From the human T2T-CHM13v2.0 reference genome, Homo sapiens: DNA of 64,000 bases. Position numbers and translations under genes: made by a program. Shown here one piece after another: positions 48,308 to 64,000 of the stretch (the first letter of the stretch is position 1; every line of letters starts with the position of its first letter). The stretch lies in NCBI RefSeq assembly GCF_009914755.1, contig NC_060927.1. One strand, 5' to 3'. The notes under the pieces were generated by a model, which saw nothing but the letters and a program-made list of their open reading frames with translations, was not told the DNA's origin and ran no database searches.

Positions 48308-49659
48308 TCTGAAGAATGCTGAAGTATGTTGAAGACAACTCCTCACCCAGTCTCTCCAGGGACTAGTATTTGATAGTATATGATCTCTTACCTTTTATTT
48401 TCTCATAATTGAATATGGGAGATCAGGAGTCACAAATTCCTTTTCTTGGCAGTTTCTCCATCTACCTCTGACTTAGAGTTTTATTAAAAATAGCCCTATT
48501 CTTCAATATTTAAAGATAGAAAGTCAATTCATAGCCCTTTTGTGAAGGAACAGGTATACTGAAGAATGCTGTAAATAATGAATAATAAGCATGTTGATCA
48601 CTCTAAGTGACACAATTCTGTTTGAAAGTTTAAATACATGAATGTGCTGTTCCTAGGCATGAGAGTCTCATAAGCAACTGAGATAGATTGTTACTAGTGT
48701 AAAACCAAATATTCATAAATATTTTTAATAGATGTATGCTCCTGTTAGTCAGGGTCAAGATTAGGCTAGGAATTAAATAACATCTTACATATATGTAGTG
48801 GTCTACTTAGGTTTCATTATTTCTCCAGGAAGACAGATGGAATTTTTAGAGGCAGATTATATCCTTTATAGTTGTTAAAATAAAAATATTATCATCAATC
48901 TGTTTTTATTTGTATGTGGTTGAAAGAGTCGAGCTCGTTCCTACAGCTACCACTAGTGCTTCTGCTACCACTCTCAGCTGGATTTGTCTTAAATATTGAA
49001 TATACATGGAGTTAAAGAGTAAACTGAATTTAAAAGCTTAGTGGAAAACTTAGGAAGTTTCACACAGCAAATTAGGGACAGAGCTGGTACTAGAACTAAT
49101 GTCTCCTTATTCCTAGTCCAGTGTTTTGATTTGTATACCACATTATCTATTAATTCTTCTTTTAAAATATTGTAATTAATCATTTTTCCTTTTGCCTTTA
49201 TAACAAAGATTGGCCCTCTGACAAAGATTTAAAACATTTTTACTTCTGTAACATTTTTACCTGATTATAAAATTAAAATCAAGTAGATTTTTAAAAAATT
49301 TTTATTTCTAGAACACTAGAAATCATTAATCAGCTTTGAATAAATAAGATGGTGATAAGGTAAAATGTTTACTAGTGATTTTCATTACTGAAATTTTATG
49401 AGCCTTTAGCATTATTAATACATTGAAATCCTTAAAGGCTGAAATTATTTCTTCAGCTCCGTATCTTTTTGGTGGTTCATGAGGAAGTAAATGTTGTTAT
49501 TAGAATAAATTTTAAAATAAGTTAAAGATTTGCTAAGAGCTTTCTGTGAATTAATGCTAAGACAAATAGCTGTAGCCAGCTCTGGCTGAGTAAAAACAGA
49601 ATCCTTTACTTTCAGTTAATGGTTAACTTTGAATGATTTCTTAAACAAAAATAGCTTAT

Positions 49660-51736
<2,077 letters not shown>

Positions 51737-52119
51737 GTCTGGAAGAATATGTACCTGTTAATAGTGATTACCTCAAGTAAAGATGGTAAAGTTGTATGCC
51801 TGCTAACAGGAGAATTTTGCTTTTAATTTTCAAAACTAATTAAGAATAGTTTTTTAAAAAAGCGAAGAGTCAGCATGTTGTAGTGGAGAAAATATTTGGC
51901 TTGGTGTCAACTCAGATTTAAGCCCTGGCTTCATTCTTAATCTATGTTCCTTCACATTTGACAAGAGAAATGATAATGGCATAGTTGGTGGTAGTGTTGA
52001 TTGAAAAGATATGTAAATTAAGCTGGAACCATGCCTAACACCCAGAAAAGAAAAAAAGCAAACCAGTGGATTTTTTATTGATGACTTAACAATTTAGATT
52101 ACTTACCTTAGCCCAATGA

Positions 52120-52729
<610 letters not shown>

Positions 52730-53032
52730 GTAACTTTTAAACAACTAGAGAATTGTAAATCACTCCTGAAAATATTGGGTTACTACCTAGTGGAGTGAGC
52801 AAGTATGAGGACCATCTCCTTCAATCATAGAGAAAATTCAAGATGGGTTTCTGTGACCACTGAGACTAGATTATATGGCCCCTCTTACCTGAACTGCTGT
52901 CACAGTGTACACTAGAAACTATCTTTGGTGGACACCTGCTTATAGGAGAGCTTTTCTCTCTCTTAAGAGACCAGATTTATCGACAGAATTGAGAATATTC
53001 TAAATCCCCTTGGTGGGCTGGGATGGGTTTGG

Positions 53033-53120
53033 TCACTGGAGCCAAACTAGAAAATGGAGCTGATGATTGAAGTAATTCACTGGAGCCAAACTAGAAAATG
53101 GAGCTGATGATTGAAGTAAT
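53033..53120 (+). repeat. Perfect 44-bp tandem duplication
   Basis: TCACTGGAGCCAAACTAGAAAATGGAGCTGATGATTGAAGTAAT x2, followed by TCA. Confidence 0.95.
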
Positions 53121-53306
53121 TCATGAAGGTAAAAATAGTGTGGTGTAGTTTTAGAGAAGGGAAGTCATTTTCCATTTACAGGTGATTTGCTAATAGGACG
53201 AATTTAAATCAGTAATAGAATGTTTTAAAAGATTTTGATTTTATATATGTTGAAATAAAGCAAATAATCATCTGTATTAATTGTTTGGGGGAATTATATT
53301 CTCTAG

Positions 53307-53559
53307 GATTTCGAGCAGTCAAATTTACTTTGCACACCAGAGATCTGCTAAGCACAGTGTTATATATTCTCAACTCCTGCAGTTTATCTGTTGAACATAT
53401 CCAAAGCTTGAATACTAATATGCATACCCAGCCTCTCAAAGAAGCTAAAAGGATGCCTGACAGGCCCATCAAATGGGACAAGTCTTATTACTCCTTTACT
53501 GGATTCAAGGACCCTGATGAAGACCTTGAACAAGTCTCGAGAGTGGAAACAACTCTCAC
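53307..53559 (+). CDS. TCAIM: TCAIM coding exon, GFRAVKFTLHTRDLL..VSRVETTLT (gene continues beyond the window)
   Basis: TTCTCTAG acceptor; CAC|GTATGT donor; 253 nt, phase 1/2. Confidence 0.92.
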
Positions 53560-54589
53560 GTATGTAAAAGTTTTTATCTAACTAAACTGTATTTGTAGTT
53601 TGTGTTTATGACACTGATTTATTGGGATGGCAAAAACATTTTTTTATAAATAAAAAGTGTAGTTCACATTTAAAATTAAAACCTAATTTTCCAGGAAAAG
53701 TAATACTATCAGTCTAGTTAATCCAGTAATCATTATGAAAAATATATTTCATGTTTCTTACTTAAAGCTGCCAAAATACTTCCAACTGTATTTAAAGTTG
53801 TGGTCTTTTGATACCAAACACATGCAGGAGATTGTTTTGTTTAACTTTTAAAAATTCTATTCAAGTTACCCCCGGTACATGGAGAAAGGCTATACCTAAG
53901 ACTATACAAATATTTTTTACTCTTCTTCATGTGTTAGGCATTTCTAACGGATAGTTCAGTAATGATGTACTTTAGTGTAATAATCCATACATAAGAAAAA
54001 TACATGGTGACCAAATTATTAAATATCATCTAGAATAGCTGCTTTAAAGAGTTACTTTTTAAATTATAAAAATCATATATAAAATGTTTTCTATTATTTG
54101 GCATGCCTTATTTGTAAAGTCACCTTAATGTTTTTTAAGTCATTTTTGGATTTCATAAAGACCCATCACATTCTCTTCTTATGATTGTATCTAAAAAGTC
54201 CAGTGGCTTATCAGAGGATTCTCTCATTATGGCATAGTAAATGATCCTTCATTATCCACTGGCATAATATCTGCTTTGTGGATTATCTATACTAAGGGAT
54301 TCCTCCTTGCTACCTAGCTAGATTCTAAATAAGGCTGAAAAGGTAGGAAGGTAGCAGAGTCTAGTACAGAAAAGTATAGAAGTATGTGTCTGAAGACGTG
54401 TATGTATGTACCTACGTGTGATAGTCTATGATATTTGTCTATATGCATAACTGATGGATAAATCACTTCCCTAAATATGATGACTTTAATTGTTCAGATT
54501 CTCCTCTGAGATGGAAATGTGGGTTTGGGAATAACAATTTAATGATGGACCAGAAGTAATGACACAGTAAGAAGTCAGGTAAAAAATGA

Positions 54590-54897
54590 AGAGCCTGGCA
54601 CTGTGGCTTATGCCGATAATCCCAGCATTTGGGGAGGCCGAGGTGGGAGGATTTCCTGAGGTCAGGAGTTCAAAACCAGCCTGAGCAACATAGTGAGACC
54701 CATCTCTACAAAAAATACAAAAATTTAGCCAGGCATGGTGGTACACATTTGTAGTTCTAGCTACTTGGAAGGCTAAGGCAGGAAGATCCCTTGAGCACAG
54801 GAGTTTGAGGCTGCGGTGAACTATGATTGTGCCACTGCACTCCAGCCTGGGTGACAAAGTGAGACCCTGTCTCCAAAAAATAATAAATAAATAAAAA
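54590..54897 (+). mobile_element. Alu (AluJ-like)
   Basis: Forward dimer with (TAAA)n tail. Confidence 0.88.
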
Positions 54898-56065
54898 GTA
54901 GAGTCATGGTGGCATAGAGGTTGCCGAATTGAAAATTTTGGTATAGAAAAACAGAAGAGATAATTTAAGGTTAATTGCACACAGAGGCTACAGTGAGAAT
55001 TGAAGTAGATTTCTCTGAGCACAAACTGGAAGAGAAGTTCTCAGCCTTGCCTTCAAGTTTTATGTGGGACACGGCACATACAACTTCTGCTTACACCCGC
55101 GGGAGAATATTGTTGTACTTATCTTGCGCTGTGTCTAGATGAACAAAAAGTTGGGGATTACTGGCCTAAAGAGTATAGAAAACAGTGAGATTGAATACAT
55201 CAAGCCAAAACAGCAAAAGTAACAGTTTTTGGACTTCACTCAAGTTAAAAGGGCCTAAGAAGAATGTATTAAAGGATTTCATAGAAGCAGTTGGTCTGTG
55301 GTTCAGTTGAGTATTTCGTAGAACACAGTTTTTATTTGGAGCTGGATGTGCAGCCATCATGAAAAGAGTGCCCCAAGGACCTAGAACTGGACTTAGACAC
55401 CGGCAAAGTAGTGAAAATACATTGAAACTATAGAAAGCCAACTCAACAAGATAAGTGTATTCAACTGGGTTCCTTACCTAAGCTCAGTATTTATAATTTT
55501 TTTATTTGTATGTCATTTATCCAGTAAAATTCCTTAGTCTTTAGTAAAAGGAGACTTTCTTATATTACATTCGACTATATGAGTTCTTAAGAGTAGGGAA
55601 TATGTTTTGATAATCTCTGTGTCTACTAATCTACTTCATAGATTCATAGAATCCATCCAGTATTTTCATTGAACTGAACTAAAGAATTGTTGAATAACTA
55701 AATGTGATGTGCTAGAGGCTCAGTTTGAAGAACTCGGGCTTTAATATGTGAATGCAAAGTAACATACATAGCGTAGCAATAGAAGTCACTTAGCAGTGAA
55801 TGTAGAGGGCCATTTTTTCTTAAAGTGCTTCTGTTAATTTCATTAATGTTAACTAAAAAAATCTGCTATTTTTAGTGAAAGATACATTGTCTTAAGGAAA
55901 ATTTCTATGCATAGATAAGTTATGTTGCTGTGAATTGATTTCCTCAAAAGTCAGCTTTGTTTTAAATTCAAGCTTTTATTTTGACAGTTATGAGGACAAG
56001 CTCAAAAAACAAGTCCCTCTGACTTGTTGTCTACCCTTTAAGAGTATAGCAACATAAAAAATGCC

Positions 56066-57217
<1,152 letters not shown>

Positions 57218-57709
57218 TAAGCATTGACATCTTATTGATTTACCTGAACCAGATCATCACAACTCATGGAGTTTGAGTTTAGCTTAAGAATGTGTAATTT
57301 TAGAGCAAAAAGTCCAGGTTGGGTAGGAGAGAGAGGACAGCACTACACTGAACCAAGACAAGACAAGGAATACTGCTCATTGGGCTGTTAGAGTGAAATG
57401 CAGGGTAGGCTAAATCCCTTTACCAGCATGTCTTACAGTGCTGATGTAGCATTATAATACCTGTACTCATCTGAAAGGTTTCATATCTCTTATCTCCCTA
57501 ACATAACCTGGTTTCCCAATTCTAGCATGTTCACATAGGCCCAGAGCCCCTTGACCTTTCCCTAAGCATGAGCATTGCCCAGTTTGAAGGAACCTCTGCT
57601 GAGGGTTTGTTCAATGTTTTAATATATGGTAGTTTTTCCTAGTAAGGGTTCCAGGAGCTTATATCATAAAAGCTGGAATGGTATCTCTATCAATTTCTCA
57701 TTTCAATTA

Positions 57710-58082
57710 CAGTTGACCCTTGAAGAATGTGTGTTTGAACTGTGCAGATCCACTCTTACACGGATTTTTTTTCAACCAAAAGCAGATTGAAAATACCATA
57801 TTCGCTCCCCAAAAACTATTGAAATAGTAATAGAGAGAGAGAGAGAGAGAAAGAGAGAAGGAAGGAAGGAAGGAAGGAAGGAAGGAAGGAAGGAAGGAAG
57901 GAAGGAAGGAAGGAAGGAAGGAACATACAGTATTAGCAAGATGTGAAACCTATGTATAGGGAAGGCCGACTGTTGGTATACGCATGTTTGGCGGGGCCAA
58001 CTGCGGGACCTGAGTATGCACAGATTTTGGTACCCGTGGGTGGGCTTGGAACTAATGCCTCATGTATAGCAAGAGAAAACTG
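57710..58082. mobile_element. MER8-like Tigger2 MITE interrupted by a mini-L1 3' end and (GA)n(GGAA)n (57806-57921)
   Basis: TA-flanked CAGTTGACCCTTGAA ... AAAACTG; internal AATAC.GTATT.GC duplicated around the insert. Confidence 0.78.
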
Positions 58083-58393
58083 TACTGATTTTTTTATATC
58101 TGTAATTATTTTACAAATAATTGTAAAACTGTTGAACCATTTCAGAGCTTTCAAATCATGTGAATCAAGTGACTGCCTAGTAGGGAGATTCATGGTGCCT
58201 ATAAGTCTACTAAAACCTATTAGCCATCATGGTCATTTTGGCCATATGCAGTTTAAATTTTTATTCATGTATTGTTTAATTCATCTTCATTACATGTATA
58301 GATTATAGAGAGGAATCATAAGGAACACATGCTGAATTATATAGTTCAGAAGTAGCATAAAAATGGTAATTCTGCCCATTTATATCAATCTGA

Positions 58394-60633
<2,240 letters not shown>

Positions 60634-61052
60634 CTATTGCTCTATGAACTTCAGGCAGTGAAAATAAAATAAAGGCTGTTATTGGTCTAAACTCCTTTGT
60701 TTTATACAGTTTGAAGCCTAGGAGTGTAAAATTTATGCAATTTTAACTTTATTGTAATTTGGATCATGGCTTTCTTTTTTCATCTCTTAAATCCATGGAA
60801 AACTGAGCTTCGCTTGAGTTACTATTTTTATTTCAAAAGCATCATGACCCTAGGAACCGAACCAAATGATTTCACAGTCCAGCATTAGTCCTTGTACGTG
60901 GTATTCTGGCATTCATTTTTATATACCTTTTAATGTTCTTTTGGCTTCATTTTATTATCAGTTTTTTTCTTTTTATTTGGATCTTATAACAATACATGTA
61001 ATATATGTATTACATATTGCTGCAATTATAATGAAATCATTTTTAATCAAGC

Positions 61053-61471
61053 TGTCTTAGTCCATTTTGCATTGCTATAATATAAAGGAATACTAGAGGC
61101 TGGGTAATTTATAAAGAAAAGAGGTTTGTTTGGCTCATGGTTCTGCAGGCTGTACAAGAAGTGTGGCATCAGCATCTGCTTCTGGTAGGGACTTCAGAAA
61201 GCTTCCCCTCATGGTAGAAGGGAAAGAAGAACAAGCATCATGTGGCAAGAAAGGAGGAAAAAAAGAGAGGAGGAGGCGCCAGGCTATTTTTAGCAATCAG
61301 ATCTTATGGAAACTAATAGTGAGAAGTCACTCATTACCATGAAGATGACATGAAGCCATTAATGAGAGTTCTGCCTCCATCACCCAAAACTTCCCACCAG
61401 GCCCTGCCTCCAACATTGGGGATTAAATTTCAACGTGAGATTTGGAGGGGACAAATATTTAAACTGTAGCA
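61053..61471. mobile_element. MST-type MaLR solo LTR (MSTB-like)
   Basis: TGTCTTAGTCCATTTTG..GGCTGGGTAATTTATAAAGAAAAGAGG..AAACTGTAGCA; TSD CAAGC/CAGGC. Confidence 0.8.
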
Positions 61472-61489
61472 CAGGCCAAGGTCAAACAG

Positions 61490-63940
<2,451 letters not shown>

Positions 63941-63944
63941 AAAC

Positions 63945-64000
63945 TGCTGGGTGCGGTGGCTCACACCTGTAATCCCAGCACTTTGGGAGGCTGAGGTGGG
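63945..64000 (+). mobile_element. Alu 5' end (window edge)
   Basis: GCTGGGTGCGGTGGCTCACACCTGTAATCCCAGCACTTTGGGAGG. Confidence 0.9.

Noticed and set aside
55165-55490. Unassigned purine-rich block that could be a decayed pseudogene
   Set aside because: No recognisable protein, TSD or tail; probably an old repeat that I cannot classify by eye

Overview
Primate (almost certainly human, chr3p21 by recognition of the encoded proteins) genomic DNA that is AT-rich and repeat-dense. It holds two tandem + strand genes. The last four coding exons and very short 3' UTR of TOPAZ1 lie at 6882-~17950. The 5' half of TCAIM follows, with a CpG-island promoter at ~23.9-24.85 kb, two alternative non-coding first exons, coding exons at 40639, 43600, 47224 and 53307, and two alternative exons giving 70-aa and 115-aa truncated products. 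A deleted ERV1 provirus lies between the genes. TCAIM intron 1 contains a complete-structure but decayed antisense HERV-H with both LTRs, a His PBS and a 5-bp TSD. The most notable observations are: (1) the TOPAZ1 C-terminus reads like a PPR-repeat plus SMR-fold module (hypothesis); (2) TCAIM has an overlapping uORF and short mitochondrial isoforms that keep the HPD motif; (3) there are two locally templated insertions; (4) there is a tailless 5S rRNA retrocopy inside an Alu, a 3'-UTR-only retrocopy, and a mini-L1 whose tail became a microsatellite. Most ORFs in the supplied track are Alu, L1 or ERV artefacts. Repeat subfamily names and isoform identities are from recall and were not database-checked; repeat boundaries are approximate.
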